Source: Gammaproteobacteria bacterium
GTDB lineage: Bacteria; Pseudomonadota; Gammaproteobacteria; Steroidobacterales; Woeseiaceae
Length of the DNA: 60,894 bases
Assembly: GCA_029881015.1 (NCBI GenBank)
Contig: JAOUNK010000001.1
Coordinates: 1-60,894, forward strand
Direction: 5' to 3'
In this document: positions 8,886 through 16,893 of the stretch, in pieces
Position numbering within the stretch: position 1 is the stretch's first letter
How the letters are laid out: each line of letters starts with the position of its first letter
Translations under genes and position numbers: made by a program
Notes under the pieces: generated by a model
The model's database searches: none
What the model saw: only the letters and a program-made list of their open reading frames with translations
What the model was told of the DNA's origin: nothing

Positions 8886-9826
8886 GCGCTGCGCTCCTGT
8901 GCCGGCAGCGTGACGGCAACGAAGACGTCCTCGAGCGTCGCGTGTGTCGTGTGCACCTGCGCCGCTATACCAGCCGTGCCCAACACGTTTTCAATGAGTG
9001 ACACCGGCGCATCGACGTGTTGCGGCACCAGCACGCGCAGCCGCACACCGAGCTGGGTCACACTTGCGACCTGCGGCATATCGTGGATTGCCGCCTGGGC
9101 CGCGTAGGGATCGTCGGCGACCACTTCGATGATGTGCATGCCGGTCTGATCCTGCAGATCCTGCGGCGTGCCGTCGGCGACTTTGACGCCGTGGTCGAGG
9201 ATCGCGAGCCGGTGGCAGCGCTCGGCCTCGTCCATGTAATGGCTTGAGACGAGGATCGTCGTGCCTTCGCCAGCCAGCCGGAACAGATTCGACCAGAAAT
9301 CACGGCGACTCTGCGGATCCACCGCGCTGGTCGGTTCGTCGAGGAGCAGGAGCGCCGGCCGGTGAAAGACGGCGCAGGCGAGCGCGAGCCGTTGCTTCTG
9401 GCCGCCGCTCATGGTCCCGGCGAGCTGGTCGCGCTGCGCCACGAGATTGTAGCGGTCCAGCAGGTCGTTGATACGTGCAGGACGGTCTGCCTTCGGGACG
9501 GAATAGATTTCGCCGATGAATTGCAGGTTCTCGAATACCGTCATGTCGCCAAACAGCGAGAACTTCTGCGTCATGTAGCCGATCTTGGGCTTCAGGTGCC
9601 GCGAATCGCCGGGGACCTCGGTCCCGAGGACGGTAGCGGAGCCTTCGGTTGGCGTGAGCAGGCCGCAGAGCATGCGGATAGTCGTGGATTTCCCTGAGCC
9701 GTTGGGGCCCAGGAAGCCGTATATCTGTCCGCGCGGCACCTTTAGGTCCAGCGCGCTGACGGCTTTCAGGTCGCCGAAATGCTTCGACAATCCGCGCGCG
9801 TCAATGGCCAGGTCCGGGGACATCAC
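8882..9826 (-). CDS. ABC transporter ATP-binding protein
   Basis: Walker A GPNGSGKST, signature MSGGQKQRL, Walker B LLLLDEPT. Confidence 0.92.
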   Translation of the reverse strand: MMSPDLAIDARGLSKHFGDLKAVSALDLKVPRGQIYGFLGPNGSGKSTTIRMLCGLLTPTEGSATVLGTEVPGDSRHLKPKIGYMTQKFSLFGDMTVFENLQFIGEIYSVPKADRPARINDLLDRYNLVAQRDQLAGTMSGGQKQRLALACAVFHRPALLLLDEPTSAVDPQSRRDFWSNLFRLAGEGTTILVSSHYMDEAERCHRLAILDHGVKVADGTPQDLQDQTGMHIIEVVADDPYAAQAAIHDMPQVASVTQLGVRLRVLVPQHVDAPVSLIENVLGTAGIAAQVHTTHATLEDVFVAVTLPAQERSA

Positions 9827-10803
9827 TCAGCCTGGCCGACCAGGAACTCCACTTCGACGGGGACGCCATCGGGCAGGCGCTCGCGTTCGTCCGTGATATC
9901 CACCTTGGCGATGAAGCTCAAACGACCGCGGTCGCGCTCGGTCAGGGCGTAGTAGGGGGTAAACACGGACTCACTCGACACCCAGCGCACGCGGCCATTG
10001 ATCGGGGCATCGAGCCCGTCCACGTAAATCAACCCGTCCATTCCCGGCTTGATGCGAACCCGGAATTCTTCGGGTATGAACACCCGGGCATGAGGCTGTC
10101 CACCGCCCAGCAGGATCATCATCGGCGTTCCGGTTGCCGGCCGCTCGCCCGGTTCGAACAAGCGGCTGTCGAGCACACCGGCGACCGGTGCGCGCGTCGT
10201 GTGGCGATCCAGGTCGATCTGTACGCCATCGCGTCGTGCGGATGCCTGCATCACGGCCTGTTCCGCCTGTGCCAGTTCTTCGATGGTCGTTCCCGCAAGC
10301 CGTTCCTGCAGTTGTGCGCGCGTGAGCTTGAGGTTTGCCTCCGCAGCGTCGAGTGCCGCGCGAGCGCGATCGAGCAGCTCGGGCGACGCCAGGCCGCGAG
10401 CATGGACTTCCTCGACGCGCGCAAGTTCGCTTTGCCGAAACTCCAGTTCCTGCGTCGCGCCTTCGACACTTGCCCGCGCAGCGGCAATCTGCTCGGCGCG
10501 CGGGCCGCGCACGAGTTCGTCCAGCCGGGCCCGGGTCTGCAGAAGCGCGGCTTCGGCCTCGGCCAGGCGCGCCCTGGCCCTGGCGCTGTCCTGCTCGACG
10601 AGCACCTGGCCGGCGTCGACGGACGCTCCCTCGACGACAGCGATGCTGAGGATGGGTTCGCTCACTTCGGCCGCGATTTCGATACGATCCGACGCGAGCT
10701 CGCCGACAACGCGGTAGGGGTTATCGCCGGTCCCGCAACCGGTCATCGCGGCCGCCGCAAGGAAAAGGGTGAAAGTCGTTCTCATTGGGTGCGCTCCGCT
10801 CAC
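9823..10803 (-). CDS. HlyD-family periplasmic adaptor (YbhG-like), probable lipoprotein
   Basis: Lipobox-like LAAAAMTGC. Long Ala/Glu/Arg coiled coil flanked by beta-barrel segments. The start may be M7 at 10785. Confidence 0.85.
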   Translation of the reverse strand: MSGAHPMRTTFTLFLAAAAMTGCGTGDNPYRVVGELASDRIEIAAEVSEPILSIAVVEGASVDAGQVLVEQDSARARARLAEAEAALLQTRARLDELVRGPRAEQIAAARASVEGATQELEFRQSELARVEEVHARGLASPELLDRARAALDAAEANLKLTRAQLQERLAGTTIEELAQAEQAVMQASARRDGVQIDLDRHTTRAPVAGVLDSRLFEPGERPATGTPMMILLGGGQPHARVFIPEEFRVRIKPGMDGLIYVDGLDAPINGRVRWVSSESVFTPYYALTERDRGRLSFIAKVDITDERERLPDGVPVEVEFLVGQAE

Positions 10804-11408
10804 GTCTTGATCTGCGCGAGCAACAGGTTGATCTGGGACTCCATGAGCCCGTCGGTGTCCAGTGGCTTTTCGGTAAACACCAGTCGCCAGATGATCGACA
10901 GCATCATGGGCGCGAGAAACAGGTGTGGCTGGTGGTTCAGCGCTTCGCGCCGGAACTCGCCGCGTTCGACGCCCCGCTCGATGAACAGGCGAATCGCGGC
11001 CAGGCCGCGGGCAACGACGTTGTCGTAGTAGTAATCAACGAGGTCCGGATGCCGCGGGCCTTCCGCGATCAACAGCCGAATGACGATCGCGATCGGCGAG
11101 CCGGGGACACTCTTCATGAACTCGAGCATCGGTCCGCGAATGAACGCCTCCGAGTCCAGTTCCGTCGTCTCCACGGCATCGAGCAGGGCATCCACCCGGC
11201 GCACTACGACACTCTTTACGACGGCCTTGAACAGCTCTTCCTTGGTTTTGAAATAGAGATACGTCAGGCCCTTGCTGACCCCCGCGCGCTTGGCGACGTC
11301 GTCGACGCGTGTGGCCGCATACCCCTTCTCGGCAAACACCGAAAAGGCGGCATCGGTGATCTCCTGGGGGCGATCTTCCTTGCGGCGCTGAAACCGGGGT
11401 TCGGCCAC
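10800..11408 (-). CDS. TetR/AcrR-family repressor of the exporter operon
   Basis: HTH ITDAAFSVFAEKGYAATRVDDVAKRAGVSKGLTYLYF. The track ORF runs to 11624 across the intergenic palindrome. An in-frame GTG at 11408, preceded by AGAGGG, gives a normal 202-aa TetR. Confidence 0.8.
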   Translation of the reverse strand: MAEPRFQRRKEDRPQEITDAAFSVFAEKGYAATRVDDVAKRAGVSKGLTYLYFKTKEELFKAVVKSVVVRRVDALLDAVETTELDSEAFIRGPMLEFMKSVPGSPIAIVIRLLIAEGPRHPDLVDYYYDNVVARGLAAIRLFIERGVERGEFRREALNHQPHLFLAPMMLSIIWRLVFTEKPLDTDGLMESQINLLLAQIKT

Positions 11409-11418
11409 GACGACCCTC

Positions 11419-11468
11419 TTGCTGACTCTAAGGTCAGTAAGTATAGTTAATGACTTGTCAGTCAGCAA
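11419..11468. promoter_or_regulatory. Palindromic operator with two interdigitated divergent promoters
   Basis: TTGCTGACT (11419-11427) and AGTCAGCAA (11460-11468) form a perfect 9-bp inverted repeat. Plus strand: TTGCTG-17 nt-TATAGT (11442-11447). Minus strand: TTGCTG (rc of 11463-11468)-17 nt-TATACT (rc of 11440-11445). Inner TGACT..AGTCA half-sites are present. Confidence 0.45.
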
Positions 11469-11513
11469 GGGGCAGGCGTCGCAAATTCTGCCGAATTCGG
11501 CATAATCCGCGGC

Positions 11514-12329
11514 ATGTTCACCTATATAGACCCCTCGGTCCGGGAGCGGTTGACCGCGCAGGGCACGTTGTTCCAGATCGACAGGAACGGTGCCCGCGTT
11601 GCGGCGGGCAAGGCGCCCGCGCATGGATCGACCATCAGTGTCCTGGGGCCGATCCCGTTGCCGCTCGAGCTAGGCACGTTGCACGTCGACGTCCAGTGGT
11701 ATGCGTGTGTGCGCAATACCGAACTCGGCAAGATCGAGGAGCTGGCTGACGACCTGCGTGCCCAGCATGGCCAGCAGTCCTTCGCAACCCTGGCGTCCTA
11801 CATGGCCGTCAACAGCGTCATGCTGATCGGTGACCCGTCGACCTGGAAGAATCCACTGGTCCGCGTCCACTCGAGTTGCCTGACGGGTGATGTTTTCGGC
11901 TCACAGCGCTGCGAGTGCGGGCCACAGATGCAATCCGCCCTCGAACGCATCAGGAACGATGCGGCCGGCGGCATACTGGTCTACATGGCGGGCCACGAAG
12001 GGCGCGGTATCGGGCTGTGGGCCAAGGCGGCCACGTACCTGTTGCAGGACGCCGGAGAAGACACCTACGAAGCGAATCGCTCGCTCGGACTGCCGGACGA
12101 TTCGCGCGATTTCAGCGACGCGGCATCGCTGCTCAAGTACTTTGTGGGCGGCAAGCCGTTTCGCCTGCTCACGAACAACCCGAAAAAAGTCAACGACCTT
12201 GGAAATTTCGGTGTCGGCGGTATCACGCGTGTGAAGCACGTGTCAGGCGTCACCGAGAGCAATCGCCGCTACCTGAGCGCCAAGCAGGACTGGGGTCACG
12301 AAATATCGAGCGAGGACCTTGCGAGCTAG
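11514..12329 (+). CDS. GTP cyclohydrolase II (RibA-family) homologue with extended N-terminus
   Basis: Zinc motif VRVHSSCLTGDVFGSQRCECGPQ, then GHEGRGIGLWAKAATYLLQD and RLLTNNPKK. 271 aa, versus about 200 aa for RibA. Confidence 0.8.
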   Translation: MFTYIDPSVRERLTAQGTLFQIDRNGARVAAGKAPAHGSTISVLGPIPLPLELGTLHVDVQWYACVRNTELGKIEELADDLRAQHGQQSFATLASYMAVNSVMLIGDPSTWKNPLVRVHSSCLTGDVFGSQRCECGPQMQSALERIRNDAAGGILVYMAGHEGRGIGLWAKAATYLLQDAGEDTYEANRSLGLPDDSRDFSDAASLLKYFVGGKPFRLLTNNPKKVNDLGNFGVGGITRVKHVSGVTESNRRYLSAKQDWGHEISSEDLAS

Positions 12330-12336
12330 GCGGTAG

Positions 12337-13146
12337 CTACTGCCGCCAGAGTCTCAGGTTGAACGCTTTCTCGCCCGAGTTGGTGCGCAGCGGGTTGATG
12401 TCGATGCCGCCGCGCCGCTGGTAGCGGGCATGCACGGTAAGTTCCGCGCAGCCGCATCGGTCCATGAGGTCGACGAACATGCGCTCGACGCAGGCCTCGT
12501 GAAAGTCGTTGTGCTCGCGAAACGACACGACGTACTTCAGCAATCCTTCGCGGTCGATCTGTGGCCCGCGATAGCTGATCTGCAGGCTGCCGATATCGGG
12601 CTGCGCGGTCACCGGGCACAAGCTGCGTAGCAAGTGAGTGTGCAGGTCCTCGCGCGCATGCCTCGTCGGGTCCGCGCGCAGCAGTCCGGCATTGACGTGC
12701 CATTCGGTGCAGCTGATATCCAGATCGTCGAGGCAGGTTCCGGCCAGGCGCGCCACGTGACCGGACTCTGATTCCGAGACCGGCATTACGCGCACGCTGA
12801 CCGGGCCGCCGGCACAGGAAGCAAGGTCGGCGGCGATGCAATCCGCAACCGCCGTCTCGTCGTCGAATGTACTCATGGCGAACGAGCCCAGGTAGAGTTT
12901 GAGCGACTTGGATTCGACGATATTCGTCGAGTCCGCCGGCACGCGTATCTCCGCTGTCGCCACGCGCGGCAGGCCCTTCGGGTCGAGCCAGGTGAGTTCC
13001 CAGGCGTTCCAGGTGTCGAGTCCCGAGAAGGGCAGCGGCTCACCAAGGCCGAGGCCCGCGCGACTGTCGGCCCGGGCTATCGGGTGCAGCACGTGCGGTG
13101 CGTACTTCTGCGGATAGTCGGTCTTGCGACCCAACGGTAGATTCAT
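12337..13146 (-). CDS. queF: NADPH-dependent 7-cyano-7-deazaguanine reductase (two-domain QueF)
   Basis: 269 aa from the ATG at 13146 (MNLPLGRKTDYPQKY...). Motifs IVESKSLKLYL, LRSLCPVTAQPD and FHEACVERMF. The 899-aa track ORF upstream of this ATG is antisense to cphB/cphA and spurious. Confidence 0.9.
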   Translation of the reverse strand: MNLPLGRKTDYPQKYAPHVLHPIARADSRAGLGLGEPLPFSGLDTWNAWELTWLDPKGLPRVATAEIRVPADSTNIVESKSLKLYLGSFAMSTFDDETAVADCIAADLASCAGGPVSVRVMPVSESESGHVARLAGTCLDDLDISCTEWHVNAGLLRADPTRHAREDLHTHLLRSLCPVTAQPDIGSLQISYRGPQIDREGLLKYVVSFREHNDFHEACVERMFVDLMDRCGCAELTVHARYQRRGGIDINPLRTNSGEKAFNLRLWRQ

Positions 13147-13248
13147 TTCATTCACGGACGGTATTTTGCAGGAATTAACGGCAGGAGTTGCCGGTTTCTT
13201 GTGTAAAATACCCGACCGTTTTCGCACTAAGTCCTCCCAGAGTCTTCC

Positions 13249-14070
13249 ATGAGTCCTGCACACGATATCGCCGGCGTCGAACGCGGCTACATCATTCCGA
13301 TCGGCGGCGCCGAAGAGAAACTGAACAATCCCGAGATCCTCGACCGCTTTGTCGATGTCTGCGGTGGCAAGCAGGCGCGTATCGGTATTATTCCCACGGC
13401 CTCGGAGCTGGCAGATACCGGCCGCAATTACGAGAAGCTGTTCCGCAAACTGGGCGTCAAGCACGCGCGGGTGCTGCACTTCGTGACGCGCGAGGACTGC
13501 GAGTCGGACGAGGACCTTGGTTATATCGACAAGTGTGACGGGGTGTTCATGACCGGCGGCAACCAGTTGCGCCTGTCGACGACCATTGGCGGCACGGCGA
13601 TCGCGCAGGCGATTCGGCGCCGCCATGCAGAGGGTATGCACGTGGCCGGAACGTCGGCCGGCGCCGCGTTCATGCCCGAGCACATGATCGCAGGCGGCAA
13701 GGAAGGCAGTACGCCGAGCCCCGACATGGTCAACATGGCGCCCGGCCTGGGCTTGACCAATTCGTTCATTATTGACCAGCACTTCCGCCAGCGTGACCGT
13801 CTTGGCCGACTGCTGACGGCACTCGCCTACAACCCGTTCGCCGTCGGGCTCGGTCTCGACGAGGACACGGCCGCCTTTATCAAGCCCGGCGACAAGCTGG
13901 AGGTTGTCGGCAGCGGCGGGATTACCCTTATCGATCCTCGCGATCTGAAGTATTCTTCCATGCACAAGGCGCGCCGCGGCGAGCCTGTCAGCCTGATCGG
14001 GGTGAAGCTGCATATCCTGGTATCGGGCGGCCGCTTCGAGATCGCGTCGCGCGACGCGTTCGCCGAATGA
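13249..14070 (+). CDS. cphB: Cyanophycinase (peptidase S51)
   Basis: IIPIGGAEEK, MTGGNQLRL, nucleophile motif VAGTSAGAAFM, IDQHFRQRDRLGRL. Confidence 0.9.
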   Translation: MSPAHDIAGVERGYIIPIGGAEEKLNNPEILDRFVDVCGGKQARIGIIPTASELADTGRNYEKLFRKLGVKHARVLHFVTREDCESDEDLGYIDKCDGVFMTGGNQLRLSTTIGGTAIAQAIRRRHAEGMHVAGTSAGAAFMPEHMIAGGKEGSTPSPDMVNMAPGLGLTNSFIIDQHFRQRDRLGRLLTALAYNPFAVGLGLDEDTAAFIKPGDKLEVVGSGGITLIDPRDLKYSSMHKARRGEPVSLIGVKLHILVSGGRFEIASRDAFAE

Positions 14071-14097
14071 TCGCAATAACAAGAACGGGCACGCGCT

Positions 14098-16884
14098 ATG
14101 AGAATTGAGACGACCAATGTGTATGTCGGGCCAAACGTATTTGCCCGGTTTCCGGTTATTCGCCACATCCTGGACCTCGGCGAGCTCGAGCACTGGCCAA
14201 CGGCAAGGCTGGGCGAGGATTTCATCGGTTTGATGCTCGAGCTGTTGCCCGGACTGCACGATCACGGATGTTCCTACCAGGAACCCGGCGGTTTCGTCCG
14301 GCGTCTGCGTGAGGGCGAAGGCACCTGGCTCGGCCATGTCATGGAGCACGTGGCGATCGAACTGCAGGTGGTCGCGGGTTCCGACGTCACGTTCGGTCGT
14401 ACCCGATCGATCGATGGCCGTCCGGGGTTTTACAACATGGTGTTCCAGTACAAGGATGCCGATGTCGGGCGGCAAGCGAGCAAGCTCGCTCTGGATTTCA
14501 TTGGCAGCCTGTTGCCGAAGCAACTCAAATTCGCCGGCGCCCCTGACGGTGACTGGGACTTTGCGTTCGAACGAGATCGTTTCATTCGCTATGCCCAGCG
14601 CCGGGAATTCGGTCCGAGTACAGCGTCGCTCGTGCGCGCTGCCGAAGGCCGGGGTATTCCCTGGCTCCGGCTGAATCGCTACAGCCTGGTGCAGTTCGGG
14701 CATGGCCGGTATCAGCAACGCATCCAGGCGACGACAACGGGGCGAACGAGCAATATCGCCGTGGAGTTGGCGTCCGACAAGGAAGAGACGAACCAGATCC
14801 TGCGTGACCTTGGCCTGCCGGTTCCCAAGCAGATGATCGTCCGCGATGCCAATGATGCGGTGCGCGCCGCGGAGCGCATCGGTTACCCGGTCGTACTCAA
14901 ACCGCTGGCGGGCAACCACGGACGGGGCGTCGCGATCAACCTGCGTACGCCCGAAGAAGTCGGCGTCGGTTTCGAGAAGGCAAGCGAGCACGGCTCGACA
15001 ATTGTGGTCGAGAGTTACATCGAGGGATACGACCATCGGCTACTGGTCATAAACGGGGAACTCGTCGCTGCCGCGAAGCGCGTGCCCGGGCATGTGGTCG
15101 GCGATGGCAAACACACGCTTGAAGAACTCGTCGCTATCGTCAACCAGGACCCGCGCCGCGGCGTCGGGCATGAGAAAGTACTGACGCGTCTCGAATTCGA
15201 CCACCAGGCCGAGCGCTTGCTCCAAAAGCTCGGTTACGGCCGCGATACGGTGCCGGCGAAGGACGAGGTTGTATATCTGCGTTCGACGGCAAACCTGTCG
15301 ACCGGCGGTACGGCGATCGATGTGACCGACATCATTCATCCGGACAATCGCGAGATGGCGATTCGTGCAATCAAGGCGATTGGCCTCGATATCGGCGGCG
15401 TGGATTTCCTGACCAAGGATATTACCGAGTCGTATCGGGAGGCGGGCGGCGGTATTTGTGAAGTAAACGCCGGTCCGGGGTTCCGCATGCACGTGGCGCC
15501 CAGTGAAGGCACGCCGCGCGACGTGGCGGGACCCGTGATCGACATGTTGTTCCCGCCCGATTCACCGAGCCGCATTCCGATTGCCGCGGTCACCGGCACG
15601 AACGGCAAGACCACGACGTCCCGGATGCTCGCTCACATCCTGAAGATGTCGGGATACACTGTCGGCTTGACGTCGACCGACGGCGTGTACATCGACGGCA
15701 AGCTGTCGGTGTCCGGCGATATGACGGGCCCGGTCTCGGCACAGATGATCCTGCGCGATCCGTCGGTCGATGCGGCGGTCATGGAAACGGCACGCGGCGG
15801 CATGCTCCGCAGCGGCCTGGGTTTCTCCGAGTGCAACGTGGCTTGCTGTATCAATGTCACAGCCGACCATCTTGGGCTGCGGGGCATCGATACGCTCGAG
15901 CAACTGGCGGAAGTGAAGCGTGTCCCGATTGAAATTGCCAAAGACGCGGCTGTGCTGAACGCCGATGATCCGCATTGCCTGCAAATGGCGGACTACACGG
16001 ATGCGGAAAAGCTCTCATACGTGACGATGAACCCGTCACACCCGCTCGTGAAACGGCATATCCAGGCAGGCGGGCAGGCCTTCGTGCTCGAACAGGGCAT
16101 GAATGGGCACCTGATTACGATCTATGACAACGAATCGCATACGCCGCTTCTGTGGACACACCTGATCCCGGCCACGATCGAAGGGCGCGCGTTGCACAAC
16201 GTACAAAATGCCATGTTCGCCGCCGCGCTGGCGCACAACCTCGGTGTCAGTCTCGAAGACATTCGCCAGGGACTGAGAACGTTCGACTCGTCGTTCTTCC
16301 AGGCGCCGGGTCGCATGAATATCTACGACGAGCATCCGTTCCGGGTCATCCTCGATTACGCGCACAACCCGGCTGCCGTCAAGGCCATGTGCGGCCTGGT
16401 CGACCGATTCGATACGGACGGCAAACGTATCGTCGTGCTGTCGGCGCCCGGCGATCGCCGCGATGAAGACATTCGCGAGATCGCTGAAATTGCAGCCGGG
16501 CATTTCGATCATTTCATCTGCCGCCGCGACGACAATACGCGTGGCCGCGGCGACGACGAGGTTGCCGTGTTGCTCAAGAATCGCCTGCTGGAAGTGGGGA
16601 TTTCGCCCGACCGCATCGAAGTGATCCCGGACGAGCAGGAAGCCAACAGGCGCGCCCTCGAGATGGCCCTGCCAGGCGACCTGATTCTCGTGCTCGGCGA
16701 CAACATCAAGCGGACGTGGAAACAGATCATTTACTTCAATTCCTCATCGCGCGTCGACAACGGCGGCAAGAAGGTATCCGCGAAGATGGACCTGCCGGAA
16801 TTCGCCGGGTTCGAGCTGGCTGACGACCTCGAAATCATCAGTGATGAACGCGGCGTTCGCATCGCGCGAGAAGAAAGCGATTAG
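14098..16884 (+). CDS. cphA: Cyanophycin synthetase (N domain + ATP-grasp + Mur-ligase-like domain)
   Basis: 928 aa. N-terminal MRIETTNVYVGPNVFARFPVIRH. ATP-grasp IGYPVVLKPLAGNHGRGV. Mur-type P-loop AVTGTNGKTTTSRML. ETARGGMLRSG. Confidence 0.93.
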   Translation: MRIETTNVYVGPNVFARFPVIRHILDLGELEHWPTARLGEDFIGLMLELLPGLHDHGCSYQEPGGFVRRLREGEGTWLGHVMEHVAIELQVVAGSDVTFGRTRSIDGRPGFYNMVFQYKDADVGRQASKLALDFIGSLLPKQLKFAGAPDGDWDFAFERDRFIRYAQRREFGPSTASLVRAAEGRGIPWLRLNRYSLVQFGHGRYQQRIQATTTGRTSNIAVELASDKEETNQILRDLGLPVPKQMIVRDANDAVRAAERIGYPVVLKPLAGNHGRGVAINLRTPEEVGVGFEKASEHGSTIVVESYIEGYDHRLLVINGELVAAAKRVPGHVVGDGKHTLEELVAIVNQDPRRGVGHEKVLTRLEFDHQAERLLQKLGYGRDTVPAKDEVVYLRSTANLSTGGTAIDVTDIIHPDNREMAIRAIKAIGLDIGGVDFLTKDITESYREAGGGICEVNAGPGFRMHVAPSEGTPRDVAGPVIDMLFPPDSPSRIPIAAVTGTNGKTTTSRMLAHILKMSGYTVGLTSTDGVYIDGKLSVSGDMTGPVSAQMILRDPSVDAAVMETARGGMLRSGLGFSECNVACCINVTADHLGLRGIDTLEQLAEVKRVPIEIAKDAAVLNADDPHCLQMADYTDAEKLSYVTMNPSHPLVKRHIQAGGQAFVLEQGMNGHLITIYDNESHTPLLWTHLIPATIEGRALHNVQNAMFAAALAHNLGVSLEDIRQGLRTFDSSFFQAPGRMNIYDEHPFRVILDYAHNPAAVKAMCGLVDRFDTDGKRIVVLSAPGDRRDEDIREIAEIAAGHFDHFICRRDDNTRGRGDDEVAVLLKNRLLEVGISPDRIEVIPDEQEANRRALEMALPGDLILVLGDNIKRTWKQIIYFNSSSRVDNGGKKVSAKMDLPEFAGFELADDLEIISDERGVRIAREESD

Positions 16885-16893
16885 CACACGGCC

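Noticed and set aside
13147-13248. preQ1 riboswitch upstream of queF, and likewise upstream of yhhQ at 43737-43745.
   Set aside because: No preQ1-I-like hairpin with an A-rich tail is seen upstream of queF. The yhhQ gene has only a 9-nt gap to the preceding gene.
13147-15036. The upstream two-thirds of the 899-aa minus-strand ORF (12337..15036).
   Set aside because: Only the last 269 codons (queF) look like a real protein. The rest is antisense to cphB and cphA, which carry clear family motifs. Long stop-free antisense frames are expected in GC3-rich coding DNA.
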